Below are positions 1 through 12,500 of a stretch of 49,978 bases of DNA, piece after piece; position 1 is the first letter of the stretch; each line of letters begins with the position of its first letter. The notes under the pieces are model-generated. The model did no database searches, was not told where the DNA came from, and saw nothing but the letters and a program-made list of their open reading frames with translations. The position numbers and the translations under genes were made by a program. The DNA comes from Neoconidiobolus thromboides FSU 785 (Eukaryota > Fungi > Entomophthoromycota): positions 1-49,978 of the forward strand of contig MU626402.1 of NCBI GenBank assembly GCA_025603075.1, written 5' to 3'.

Positions 1-330
1 AGAATATTATCTTCTCATTTTGATACTTATACTTTTCAGAGTATAAAAGAGTTTACAGAGTATAATAGTTCGAGGCTTTTTAACTGAATTAATCCCTGAT
101 ATCTCGAACATTTAATAAAGCCACTAAGTTTTCTTAATATTATTTTACATAGATTTTACATTAGTATTGTCTATTCTATTTGTCTTATATAGCTTGTAAC
201 CTATTACATGCTATTCCTCATAACCCAAGTCTATCTTAATCACATAAACTAAGACCTTTCGACTTATAGTGTAGTCAACCCAGCAATAGCTGTTCTTGAC
301 TCCAAACCCTGAGTACCAGATTTCACACAA

Positions 331-385
331 GTATTATTTGAGTAGAGAAATCGTTAGTAAAATTCTTAGACACAAATGTACATAA
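331..385 (+). mobile_element. Truncated copy (right half) of the ~105-bp MITE-like element
   Basis: TATTTGAGTAGAGAAATCGTTAGTAAAATTCTTAGACACAAATGTACAT matches the internal core and right end of the family. Confidence 0.55.
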
Positions 386-401
386 CATTATATATAAAAA
401 T

Positions 402-507
402 ATATGTGGATGTTTTTTTTAGTTTCATTACTTTTTCTATTTTTAAGTACTATTTGAACGGAAAAATTGTTAGTAAAATTCTTGAGCAAAAAAACACATC
501 CTCATAT
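402..507 (+). mobile_element. MITE-like element copy A
   Basis: ATATGTGGATGTTTTTTTT...AAAAAAACACATCCTCATAT termini are inverted repeats; internal core TTCATTACTTTTTCTATTTTTAAG..CTATTTGAACGGAAAAATTGTTAGTAAAATTC. Confidence 0.8.
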
Positions 508-513
508 ATTTAA

Positions 514-622
514 ATATTTGGGGATGTATTTTTGTGTTTAAGGATTTTACTAATAATTTTTCCACTTAAATAGCGCTTAAAAGATAGAAAAAGTGATGAA
601 GCAAAAAAAAAACACCCCCATT
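514..622 (-). mobile_element. MITE-like element copy B, inverted and abutting copy A
   Basis: Reverse complement matches the family core; termini TTTGGGGATGTATTTT and AAAAAACACCCCCATTT. Confidence 0.8.
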
Positions 623-799
623 TAATAAAAAGTTTTAAGATTTTAATAAAAAAATTATTTTAAATTTTGTTAATTATATGACTTTTAGCTTTTTCCTATA
701 ATATTAGATAAACTTTAGAACTTTTTTATATATTTATTAAATAACTTGGTATTTAAATATTTACAAATAAGGCTATTTGGGTTAATAAAGATAAAAAAG

Positions 800-905
800 A
801 TATGGGGATGTGTTTTTTTGCTCAAGAATTTTACTAACAATTTTTCCGTTCAAATAGCATTTAAAAATAGAAAAAGTGATGAAACTAAAAAAAGATCTCT
901 ATATA
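800..905 (-). mobile_element. MITE-like element copy C
   Basis: Begins ATATGGGGATGTGTTTTTTTG; reverse complement of 800-893 matches 414-507 at 90 of 94 nt by my manual alignment. Confidence 0.8.
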
Positions 906-1114
906 TAGGCCTTTTTAGATAGGATAATAAAAAAAACGCCCGATATTATCACAAACACACCTATATAATATGCTACTATATATGGTATTCCAAAGCATCC
1001 TTCCACCACATTGGTATACTATAAAACTTAAGATAGATCCTATACAGAAGAAAAGATATTATTATGTATATTTTATTTTTTTGTTTAGTTTGCAAATACC
1101 AATACAAAGTTAAG

Positions 1115-1217
1115 ATATGGGAGTGTTTTTCTACTTCATCACTTTTTCCATCTTTTAAGCATTATTTGAGTGGGAAAACTGCTAATAAAATTTTAAACGC
1201 AAAAAAAATCCTCATGT
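1115..1217 (+). mobile_element. MITE-like element copy D
   Basis: ATATGGGAGTGTTTTT..CTTCATCACTTTTTCCATCTTTTAAGCATTATTTGAGTGGGAAAACTGCTAATAAAATTTTAAACGCAAAAAAAATCCTCAT. Confidence 0.75.
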
Positions 1218-1289
1218 TCTATCTACATGGAATAATTTGGACATTGCTCTCATATACTGGTTTCGACTCAAATAGTTTCCTGTAGCTGC

Positions 1290-2460
1290 TCATAAAATAT
1301 GAGTGCTTTTTTATCAAACTAGACATGAAGACACTTTTCGATATTATTGCATTACTAGCTGGTATATCATAGATAAGTAGCAAGACTTATGGAATCAACT
1401 TTATCATAACAGTAGCCACATATTCATAGCAATAGGCTATAATCGAGCCGTTCTTAAAATTTCTTTGATTTTGAGAACTATCATGGTTTTCTTACCTCAC
1501 CAGAGAGCTTCTTTTCAAGATAGATTCGATAATGTAGATTACACTGGTTTCAAATTTAAGAGTTGAACGAAATTTCTATTTTTAAAACTGAGAACATTGA
1601 AAGAAAAAATTTATTAGGCTAATTTCATACAGTATTGTTTAAAAAAGAATTATTTGATATAATACTTCCTTTATTTGTATTATACAAACAACAATAGATT
1701 TTTTTAATTATCAAAAACGAAAACCAGTTTGCGTAAACTAAGGTCCTTTGAAGGTGTTGAATCAAAAGTTAGTAAAGGTAGATAAATAGTCGTTTCTAGT
1801 CTATAAAAATGTCAAACTTGTGAATTAAAGTATTTACGTTGCTTTGGTTGTTAACTATATTTTTGTACATCTCATTTTATCTGAGTTAGAAGATGGATTT
1901 GATGAGTTTATTCTCAGGTTTGTTGCTATTGATTTTAAAAGTAGTTTTGGAAATTTTTCTTTTACTAGCTATTAGAATCGGTAAATTTTAATAAATGATG
2001 AAAAGAGTTTTTAAAAAGCTCTTGGTCTGCCAAAATTACTTATATCTGCTAGAATAAAAGATTTAATGAACAGTGTAACTCATCTTAGTATTGCGGCTGC
2101 CCAAAAGATTGGTATTTTAGGAGACCTTATAGGATAAAACTTATAATTAGGGGATATGTTTGCTGTGGTTAAAGAGAGTGGAAACTCGCTTTAAGTGTTT
2201 AGACAACTTGGCCCGGGTATATGTACTTCATTAAAAGATTACATGTAACTTGTAGTGATGACCCTGATGATATTGAAGAGAAAGCGTTCGGAAAATGTAT
2301 TGTATATCTAAAAAGTTGTACTTGAAAAAACTCACTTGTTTTGAATTTGATTTTGCTACATTTCAAATCTTCAGAAAAATAAGATTCTGTTTGAATTAAA
2401 CTTAGTATTGGTAAAGGTCAGGAACCCCCCCCCAATTATGGGCTGAACATATGCCTCTAG
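1290..2460 (+). pseudogene. Possible decayed coding sequence (TE or gene relic) of unknown identity
   Basis: Higher G content than flanking intergenic DNA; frame +2 (about 1862-2250) shows G-rich first and A/T-rich third codon positions but is broken by TAA/TAG stops; FFIKLDMKTLFDII at 1307-1348 weakly resembles RT motif A. Confidence 0.3.
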
Positions 2461-2684
2461 TCGATTCCTTTTTTGTCAATAAAACGCTTTAGAACTTACC
2501 CTTTCATGAGTATAAAAAAGTGTTAATAAAGATACTATGTGCTAAACTGTAAAAAAAGCAAACTTGGTTGCTGTTCATTATCAATACTGACAACTGTTAT
2601 CAATATTATCAATTATTATTACCAGTAAGTAGAATATTATTAATCCATGACTACAATTATAAAGCTTAAAATGTTTCAAAATTT

Positions 2685-2725
2685 AAATCAAATTAAATTA
2701 AATCAAATTAAATTAAATTAAATTT
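2685..2725. repeat. (AAATT/AAATC)n microsatellite
   Basis: About eight tandem 5-mers AAATCAAATTAAATTAAATCAAATT... Confidence 0.7.
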
Positions 2726-2887
2726 ATTAACAAGTTCCTTTCTCTTGGATTAAGTTTGGACTAATATTAGATTAATTGATTAGTTAGTAAAAGAAGGTGG
2801 ATGGTACAATAATTAGATCCAAAGTATTTAAATTATATAATCGTTGTATAGCCATTAAAGCAATCCTCCCAAAAGAAGATATCGTTT

Positions 2888-5064
2888 TCATTCGTTAATA
2901 CTTAACTTCAATCTTTTTAAGTACTTTGCCAACATGACACTCATATCTCTAAGAACAAATGAGCATATAATGTTAGATAAAAACCCATTAACTCGATTTA
3001 ACCGCGCTACAATTTGTATATTTGAACTCTGAATAGGCGGGAGTGCCACAAAATGTTGATACCACTTTTCTATTGAAATTTAGTTATAAATGAAAGTTAA
3101 ATGAATATTAATTACCTAAGAATTGGGATGCTTTAAAAAGTTTAACTAAAGACTCTATGTAAAGTGAGGAGGAATCGGTTTTAATTTTGAGATATGACAT
3201 TTGTATTTTTTCTACCGATTTTGTAATTTTATTTCCTAAAGAGGCAAAAGCATTGCTTTGAATTCGTTTCAATGGCTCGATAAAAGTTAGTTTTTTAGCT
3301 AAGTTATTTTGGACAGTGTTTAAAATAGAATCAAGTCCTTCAAGCTCCTATAAATTAAAAATTAAAAATAAAATTTTATAAGTAATAAATATATTACCTT
3401 GAGAATTTGATTTGTATCCTTTATATCTATCCCTTTGAAGCGTGCTAAATATTCTGATATTACTTCACATGAATGAATCTTAACCTCTAAAGATTGTAAA
3501 CGAACCCCATTTTGATGCCTAAACAATGATTAGGTTTTATAGTAATTTAAGCATTTATAAATTACCAGACGCTTCTTGGAATAAATAACTTTTTTGATAG
3601 ATAACCACCTACTGTCATTGAACGCTCTAAAGATCGCATTAACCAAAAAACTCGAAATTCATTAGAAATAGGTGGGGTTTCAAAAACACAATTCTATAAA
3701 ACAATTAATATACAAAAATAAGAAAGTAAAATGATTATTACTTCTGAAGGTTCTTCGCGAAACACTCTTTGAATTGTAATGAGGTTATACTGGCGTGATT
3801 TATGAGAAGATAAGGCCTGTGAACTTACTGCCATATCAACTACCTTAGAAGAAGCCAAAAGGAACGAACTTGGCCTAGTGTTAATATTGAGATTTATAGC
3901 TTTAGAGCTAAAAGAAGCTATGGAGCCGCCATCATGTCTTTTCAAAACAGAACTAGATGATATACTGTTAGAATCACTTAGCGAATTTTGAGGAAAAACA
4001 TTTTGATTGAAATCATCATGATGGATTGTTCCATTTAAGCTGAGATCCCAAGAGCGATGAGCAGGGTTATAATTCAACCCTTTCTCATAAATAACACTTA
4101 GACTATGTCTGGATGATTGCGTATCTGGAGAACTATAACTAACACTACCACTATGACTATGATTGGTGCTTGAAATAGGAGTATTGGTTGAAGTTGGAGG
4201 CATTGACCTACGTCTATCAGCTTTTAAATGCTTCTCACTTCTATTTAAATCGGATTCAGGAGAAAGGGGTGAAAAATATTTATAACCGCTAAAAACAGGC
4301 ATCGAAAATCGTGAATTTTGTAAGGGTATAACTGGGTAATTAAAATTGACTTTTTTGGGTGGTATCATATTTTCCGGAGTAGTATCTACATGGGTATCGT
4401 CTGAGAATGAATTATTATTTATATCGACATTAGAAGATAAAGTATTTGTTGGGTATTTGTTTAATTCGCATGGCTGATTGCTATTATTGCTTTCAGTTTC
4501 TTTAATTTTAGTTCCTAAATTTTCAGGTGAGTTTGGAAAGCTATTATTTGATATTGGATCCTCATAGACTGGGTTACTTTTCATTAAAGAAATTTCTTGA
4601 GGACAATCATTTGAAAGCATCAGCGGATCATCTTTTGGACTTACAAGGTTTGAAAGTAGGGCTACCCTTTCAACATATGAAGTTTGCTATATAAAAAGGA
4701 TTAAATTAAATAGTTTAAACATCATAATACTTACAATATTAATAAGCCTTGAGTTCGATCGGAATGTTGGAGATGAGTCTAGTACATTAGTAATTAAATT
4801 TAAAGCCTCTTGATAACAGTTTAAAGCTTTTGAAAAGTCATTTACATGATCAAATTCAACAGCATGCTGCGCTTTTTTTAAAGCTGTTTGTAGCATGACT
4901 TTACAAGAAGGGGCATTGTTAGATCCTGTTGAGCTTAATTCTGAGTTTAAACTACTGTTATGGGTATGGCCACGATTCGAAATTTTGTCAGAAGGATTAT
5001 TTTTTCCTCTTTCGTTTGATAATCCTGACGGAGCAGGGGAAGGTAAAATTGCCATGCTCACCAT
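2888..5064 (-). CDS. MIT-domain protein with Ser/Pro-rich linker and conserved fungal C-terminal domain (6 exons)
   Basis: Exon 1 has MIT-like ALKKAQHAVEFDHVNDFSKALNCYQEAL; intron 4734-4687 joins in frame to ORF 3694..4620; further exons give FRVFWLMRSLERSMTVGGYLSKKLFIPRSVW, ELEGLDSILNTVQNNLAKKL and end FVLRDMSVMLAKYLK..NE-TGA at 2888-2890. Confidence 0.75.
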
Positions 5065-6896
5065 GGAATGAGATTTAAAAGGATAAGTTTTTGTAAAAGA
5101 TAGCTTTTACAAAAGAAAGTAATATAGTTATTGAATAAAAGGAGTTAGGGAAGAGGATTAATTTAAGGAGATTGAAAAAATCTTGATTTGTAGAACAGTC
5201 ACCAGCCCAAAATTAGTTGCAAATTTAAATTTAAAACCAGTTTAAAATTGGAGAAAATTACTAGAAAATAGGAATTTGGAGAAAATAAAGTTTATAAGCC
5301 AAAGTTGATAAAAAAAACAACAAGTAAACTTCAATTATAATCTATTTAATTAGTAAAATATAGTTAAACTAAAGTTAATAACTAGATTATATGAGTTGTT
5401 TTAACTGAAAGATATTGATCTTAATAACAAGATTATCCAAATAAGGTGTTTACAGAATGATTATTTAGCGGTTATAATTTATTACTTTTACCTTAAAATA
5501 GAGTCAAATTTTAAAAAATAGTTGACATAAATAAATTAAAAGGGATAACTATGTTTATTTAAAACTATGTACTTAACTATACACTCTAAATTGACTTCTA
5601 AAGGTAAGCTAATAATAATCGTGCATTATTAAACTATTGTACTTTGCCTATTAATTAACTATAAACTATAAACTATAACACATAAAGCTCAATGAGAAGA
5701 ACAATTTATGAATATTATTGGATAATTTGAATGTTGTTGCTATTTCAAAGTTTTAAGCCATCCGTTTAAGCTATTTATGTGCCCCTTAACCCCACCTTGA
5801 CAAATGCTTTAATTAATTGTATACTTTTAATTTGTTTATATTGGCCGAAACTTTAAGTGTCATAAAATATCATAACTTATTGGCTAAAAACATTAAGCTT
5901 CACAGCTGAAAGATTTGAATTAGTAAAATAAAAACCTTAAATTTTAGTAATTATCATTTTTGCACATAGTAAGAGACATTCTATGTTCTGTTATTTTATT
6001 ATAAAGATAATTTCAATCCTTAATTACATTAGAAGTTCATGAGTAATAAATAAATTTTAAAACTTATCAAAAAAGAGGCTGTTATGATTAATCCATTGGA
6101 TCACATGAAAAGTTAACTACTTAAATATACTTTATTAATTGCACATATTAATTATTTTCCACCTTAAATTTACATTTTGAGAAACTATGGCCTAGAATAT
6201 TTAAAGATTGTAGCTTAAATTAAAGAATTTTTTAGAAAAATTGTTTATAAAATACTTAAAGTATTTTAATACTATACTATTATGTAAAGTTACTTTTAAA
6301 ACAATATCTTATCACAATGATTATTTATAAAATAATTAAAGTACATTAAAAGATAAGGTCAAGCTCAATTAGTTTAAAATTAAGAGAGTTTTAAAACATT
6401 TGAGTAAATGTGATCTCAAAACTCCAAATTAGATTTAATTTTACAAAATTTTAAAATCACTTATTAAAAATTAATAAAAAACAAGTAAAAATGTAGTAAA
6501 AATATAAGCTTATTATAAATTGAGACTTACTTATCTATAATCGGGGCAGAGTAATATGATCTCAATTAAACTTTTGCTTAGCTATGTTTACCAGTTATAA
6601 GTGATCTATAATGCTAAGGAATTTAATTTAGATTGTTAGTCAAAAAAAGCTTTATAGTCTTTAAATATTTAAATATTTTTAAATTTTACCTTAAAAGTAC
6701 ACTGATGGTTACCTTAATAACATAGCTTCAAACTAACCTTTAGAATTTGCATATTTAAAAATTAAGGTACTTTTTTGCTTTTTAAATTTAGCCTAAGGTA
6801 AAGCTAACTTCAAAATCAAACATTATTTATTCTTCGAGTAATTATTAATAAACTTTGATAAAAAGCTTAAGGTTTGATTTTACAATTAACAACAAG

Positions 6897-9227
6897 ATGG
6901 CCACATTAAACGGGAAAGGATATAGTAACTTACTTGATAGTCTAATGATAGAAAAAAGGAACAATAACAACAAAAAGACTGACATGTGGTGTGATATAAA
7001 GAATAATAGAATGCTTCTTCCAGTTAAAGAGCGTCAACCAGCTATTGGATTAATAAACAGAGAGATAAATGTCGAAAAGTCAAGCTTAAGCCCTAGTCTA
7101 AGTTCACATGTTCCTGAACAAATAAACCTGGACGTGTTAAAGAAAGAGCTAAATGAATGGAACTTATTACCCTTAAAAAAGGAAAAAGAACAAAAGGAGC
7201 AAATCAGTGACTACAAAGTCTATAAATTATTAGGTAAAGGTGGTTTCGCAAAGGTATATTATGGAATAAATAGAAAAGAGGGCAAAAAATTGGCGATAAA
7301 AGTATTGAAGAAAAAGGAAGTAAATAAAAACGATAGTGCTAAATTGAGAGTCAAAAAAGAGATTAAAATTCAAAATTTTCTAAAACATAAGAATATTTTA
7401 AAGATATTCACTTTTTTTGAAGATAAACAAAATATATATTTGACTTTAGAGCTATGCCCTTATGGAGATATGCTTCAATATTTGAAAAGCAAAAGACCAA
7501 ATTTAATATTAGAAGAAGAAGTGCGAATGATATTGGATCAAGTGGTAGATGCTTTAATTTATTTGCATTCTTTTAATATTTTACACCGAGACTTGAAACT
7601 ATCTAATTTGTTAATTTATGATCAAAGTAAAAAATAAGTATAAGCATTTTAAAAAGCATTAAACGTTATTTTAGGCACTATTAAACTAAGTGATTTCGGT
7701 TTGGCTACTCAAATCCAAGAAGATATTGGAGAGCAGAAGACTTTATGTGGAACTCTAAATTATATATCTCCAGAAATTATCCACCGTAAGCCTTACAATT
7801 TGCAATCTGATCTATGGTCACTTGGATGTTTGACCTATACTTTATTAACCGGAAAAGCACCATTTGAGGGTACCAATATCAAAGAAACTATCAAGAAAGT
7901 AAGTAATGTAGAGTACAATTTACCAGAGGGGATATCATTAGAAGCTGTTCAATTAATCCAATCTTTGTTAAGATTTGAGCCTAGAAAACGAATTCAATTG
8001 AAAGATTTATTGATGTTACCCTTTTTCCATAAAAATAGATTAAGATTAAACCTAGATTTATTATACTTGAAAGATAATACTAAAGAAGAAAAGCAATCCA
8101 ACTCGATAACTGATATAGAACTAAATAACCATATTTACAATAAAGATATCAATATCAATAATAATAATAATAATAATATCATTAGCATTGACAACCAAAA
8201 TCAAAAAAACTACTTTACCGTTAATAATACAAATAATGGTAAAATAATAATATTATTATAAAGTATAATTTTAATTTTAAGTTTAGATTTTTCAAATGAA
8301 CTTATTGGATATAAGTTTAATACACTATATTTACCTTCAAATGAAAAAAGGATGGATGGTTTTGTAATTGAATTACAAGAAGATGGGATACTAAAATTAA
8401 CAAATACTTTCGAAGAATACTTTATAACAATATCATCATCTGGAGAGGTTATTAAAATAATGAATCAGCAATTCCATCAAAGTAAAGCTTATTCTTTGAA
8501 AGATTTGCCCAAAAAATATCACAACTATTACAAATATGCAAGTAAATGGATAAATTTATTAAAAAGTAAAACGGTAAAATTTAGTTATAAAGAGGAAGAA
8601 AACATATTTCAATGGATGTTAAGTGATATGGATTTTGAATTTGAATATTCACGCTCTATAAAGTTGAATTTAAATCAAAGGAAACAGTTGGTTACTATTA
8701 CTTCAATTCAAAAGCATAATTGCTTTGAAAAGTTAGAATTGAATCTAAACCATGATATGTTGGATTTACCTAAGGAATTTCATGCTTGTTATAAACTGTT
8801 TATAGACTTTAATAAGAAAGCCAAGCTTTTAAATGAATACATCACTTCCCATATGGAACATTACAAATACTCATTACCTTATAAATTTAATTCACACCAT
8901 TTATCAAAGTTGAATAAAAATAATGCAAGCAAAGATTCAGAAACAATAAACAATAAAACCGATACACAAATAAAGTCTTCTATTAGCCATGAAGGATCAA
9001 ATGCTAAAGTTAAGTATTTAAAGAATGTTGGATGGTATATACAATTAGACCAATTTCATCAAAGGTTACTGTTTATGGATGGAGTTCAAATCTTGTTATC
9101 TGATTCTGGTATTCAATATTTTAAAGAAGACAAACTAATTAAAAAGTTTGACAAAAAAGAATTTTTAGATAGCGAAATTCATTATCGTTTGAAATTGTTT
9201 ACTGCTTTTATAAAAGATTTTTCTTAA
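6897..9227 (+). CDS. PLK4: Polo-like kinase 4 (SAK/PLK4): kinase domain, cryptic polo box PB1-PB2 and PB3; introns 7627-7674 and 8239-8286
   Basis: LGKGGFAKVY, HRDLKLSNLL, spliced IKLSDFGLATQ..TLCGTLNYISPEI; C-terminal YSLKDLPKKYHNYYKYASKWINLLKSKT and YLKNVGWY...FMDGVQ resemble the metazoan PLK4 PB1/2 and PB3 motifs as I recall them. Both 48-nt GT-AG introns restore the frame. Confidence 0.85.
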
Positions 9228-9561
9228 CAAATCTACTTTCATTTCTATTTTTATCAACTTATCGTGGCAATTGTTCTTCCTTTAAGCTTACCTTTGAGTA
9301 AGAAGTGTATTATATTTAATAATAAAGTATATAATGTTTTCCAAAAAACGTAGTTCATAATATTGATAGATTATAAAAAATTATACTAGTATTTTTGTTG
9401 ACTATCTAAATATTTATTAGTTCTGCTTTAAATTCATCAACTAATGATAACAACACTAAATATTAAGTGGAAATTAAACTATTTTATTAGCAAAATAAAA
9501 GACAACCCTTTTCAATAGTTAATAAAAGCTTAAGCTACTCAGATTAACTTTAATACAATAT

Positions 9562-12500
9562 TTATTTCCTAAATGCTTGCATAGAATTAAATGGTGAAGT
9601 ATACTCATTGGTATTTGCAAGTGCTTGTAAATCTGATTTTACTATATATAAAATAGAGGTGATTAAACTATTAATGTTAATGGTCAACTAAAAATACCTT
9701 TCATAAAATGATGAGATTTAGAAGGAGTAACTTTTATAGGACTATAGAAATAGATAAATAATATATATTGCAATAATCATACAAACTTACTTTGAGGTTA
9801 AAAATGGATCTTTTCCTAATGCATTAACAATTTCTTGACGAGAATTAATAAGAATATTTAAAAATAAATCCCCATATTTTTTTATCATTGAATTTGGGGC
9901 TTTAGTCACTTCTGCTAACTCATCAATACCTAATACTAATTAAAATAACTCAAAATATAAAACAAACTTACCAGTTGGCATATAATTACACTAAGTAATG
10001 ATGAATATTAATATATTAAAAAACAAAACATATAATATTACCATTTCTATCAACGCATTATTTGTAAATATAGTCTTAGCTGTAATATTGGATTGATCAA
10101 TTATCTAAAAATAATAAACATAACAAATGACTGAAATAAATAAAGTTACTTGATTCCTTAATGCCTTCATTTTATCCAAACAATCGCCTTTTAAACTTTC
10201 ACAAATACTTTTTAATGAATCATCTACCTCATTTCCTATTTGACCTGTGTTTAACCTACTCAACTTTGAGGCAGGTAGGATCATAACTGGCTCGTCGCTT
10301 TCATTTTCAACCAAATCGATCACTTGTGTTGGGTTTTTTAAAGCAAATGCATTACTGCTATTACTTTTCTTTAACATTTTTGAATTGTTATTTGCTCTTA
10401 TAACTTTTGTAGTTTGTTTTTTTAATGTTTGGAATGGTTCTTTGCTTTTCTATTAAATAATTAATAACTAATTCCAGATTATTATATTAAACCTTTTTTC
10501 TTATTACTTCAAATTCCATACTTAAGGTAAGTCTATTTTCTAGCAATTCCACTGCTTTAGGAGTACACTAGTAATTATTATTATTTAAATCTATAATATA
10601 TATATACCATACCTTTATATAAGTACTTGAAAATCCAGATTTATTCATTAAAGTATATTCTGATACTAAGCTTGAAGTCACTAACAAATGGAATAACCTT
10701 TCTACTTCAGTTTTAGTCATATGAGATCCTGCTCCATGAGTAGGGTTAGATAAATAGCCAGCCCTTTCCAATGCCTTTGATTTTGAACCTTTAAATATGT
10801 CAATACATTTGATCAAGGTAATGTTTTTCCATTCATATGTCTTAATTAATTGAATAGCTTTCTTAGCCAAATCAGTAACATCCTTGGCTATTCTCACTAT
10901 ATCCCTCGATTGGAAACAATTATCGCATGTACCTTGGCATTCATCTGAAGTAAAATTTTCGCCAAAATAAGATAAAACCTGCTGCCTTCGACATTCTATC
11001 TTATTCTCACAATATTGCAAAACTCTACGTAGGTTCGATCTAAGCCTTTCTTTAGAATCATAGCTGCCTTCACTTTTATCTATCATAAAATCATGTAGCT
11101 TTTTGTCATTGTAATTGTAGAATAAAACACAATCCGAAGGTGCTCCATCCCTACCTGCTCTACCGGTTTCCTGATAATATCCTTCCAGCGACCCAGGAAG
11201 GGATTGATGAAGGACAAACCTTACATCGGGCTTATCAATACCCATGCCAAAAGCAATAGTAGCAACAATAATTTTGACTTTCCCATTGATGAACTCAGTT
11301 TGAATGCGATGCTTATCACCTTTATTTAATCCTGCATGATAATATTCCACATTTAAATTAAACTTGATCCTAAGTGCCGTCGCAGTTTGCTCGCATGCTT
11401 TTCGAGTGGTTGCATAAATAATACCAGGCTCATTGTTGTGTCTAGTTTTTATGTAATTATACATATCGTCTACGATTGTGCTCATGCTTTTTGGCCTAAC
11501 TTCATAGTATAAGTTCCTTCGGTTAAAACTTTGCGTAAATGTTAAACATCCATCAATATTTAAATACTGGATAATATCTAACTTAACTTTAGAATTAGCT
11601 GTTGCTGTCAACGCTATGAGTGGTATATCAGGGTATTTGGACTTTAATTTGCCTAGCTCTTTATAATCTGGTCTAAAATCATGACCCCACTGAGAAACGC
11701 AATGTGCTTCGTCAATTACAAACCTTGCTAATTGTTTTCTTTGGTAAAGCTTGTCTATTAATGATCTAGTCATATCACTATGGCTAAGCATCTCAGGGGT
11801 AAGATAAGCTAACTTAGTATCTGGAACTGGCTCCTCTAGTTTATTACAAAAAAAGGCGCGCTGGTTTGGAAGACATTCACCGTTTAATGTAATTGTTGGG
11901 ATACCAAGTCCAAGAAGCTTTTCAATTTGGTCTGTAACCAATGATAAGAGTGGCGATACAACAATAGTTACACCCTTGGTTTTTCCTGAGTTAACCACAG
12001 CAGGTAACTGATAGCATAAAGATTTACCGCCGCCAGTTGGCATTAAAACAAATACATCTTTACCGGATAGAGTAGCATTAATAGCATCCAACTGGTTATG
12101 TCTAAAATTGTCTAAATTAAATGTATGTTTAAGTGCATTTTTGACATCTTGAGTCCATTGGAAGATTTTCTCAGGTTCATCTTCATAATCAGACCCAATA
12201 TAGTCATCAAATATTGTGCTTAATTGGCCATTATCGTTATTTTCTACCCTTTGGTGAATTTCGGCTGTGTTTTTCTCAATGTTTTTGGAAAAATTATAAC
12301 ATGTCTCTCTATCACTCCTCATATTTTCAAAATTGACATTATTAGTATGACCCGTATCATCATTATCTATGTAACTATGTATACTCTGAGCTTTACTTAT
12401 CCCTTTTTCATAAATATTGAACTCTCGTGTAAGCAAACTTTTGTACTGAGGGGTACCGTTTTTTATATTATTTGCTAATAAATCAAAAGGTTGAGATTCA

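Noticed and set aside
402-1217. Clustered repeats as a CRISPR-like array
   Set aside because: Units are ~105 bp, in mixed orientation, irregularly spaced and dispersed; the host is eukaryotic.
1064-1285. 73-aa ORF
   Set aside because: Mostly a translation of MITE copy D; the same peptide (KHYLSGK..NKIL) recurs in ORF 42571..42768 over copy L.
1813-1872. CQTCELKYLRCFGC*LYFCTSH read as a zinc finger in frame +1
   Set aside because: Interrupted by a stop and competes with a better coding-bias frame; cannot be supported without a search.
9102-9119. DSGIQY in PLK4 as a betaTrCP degron
   Set aside because: Lies inside PB3 rather than the post-kinase linker and lacks the second Ser/Thr.
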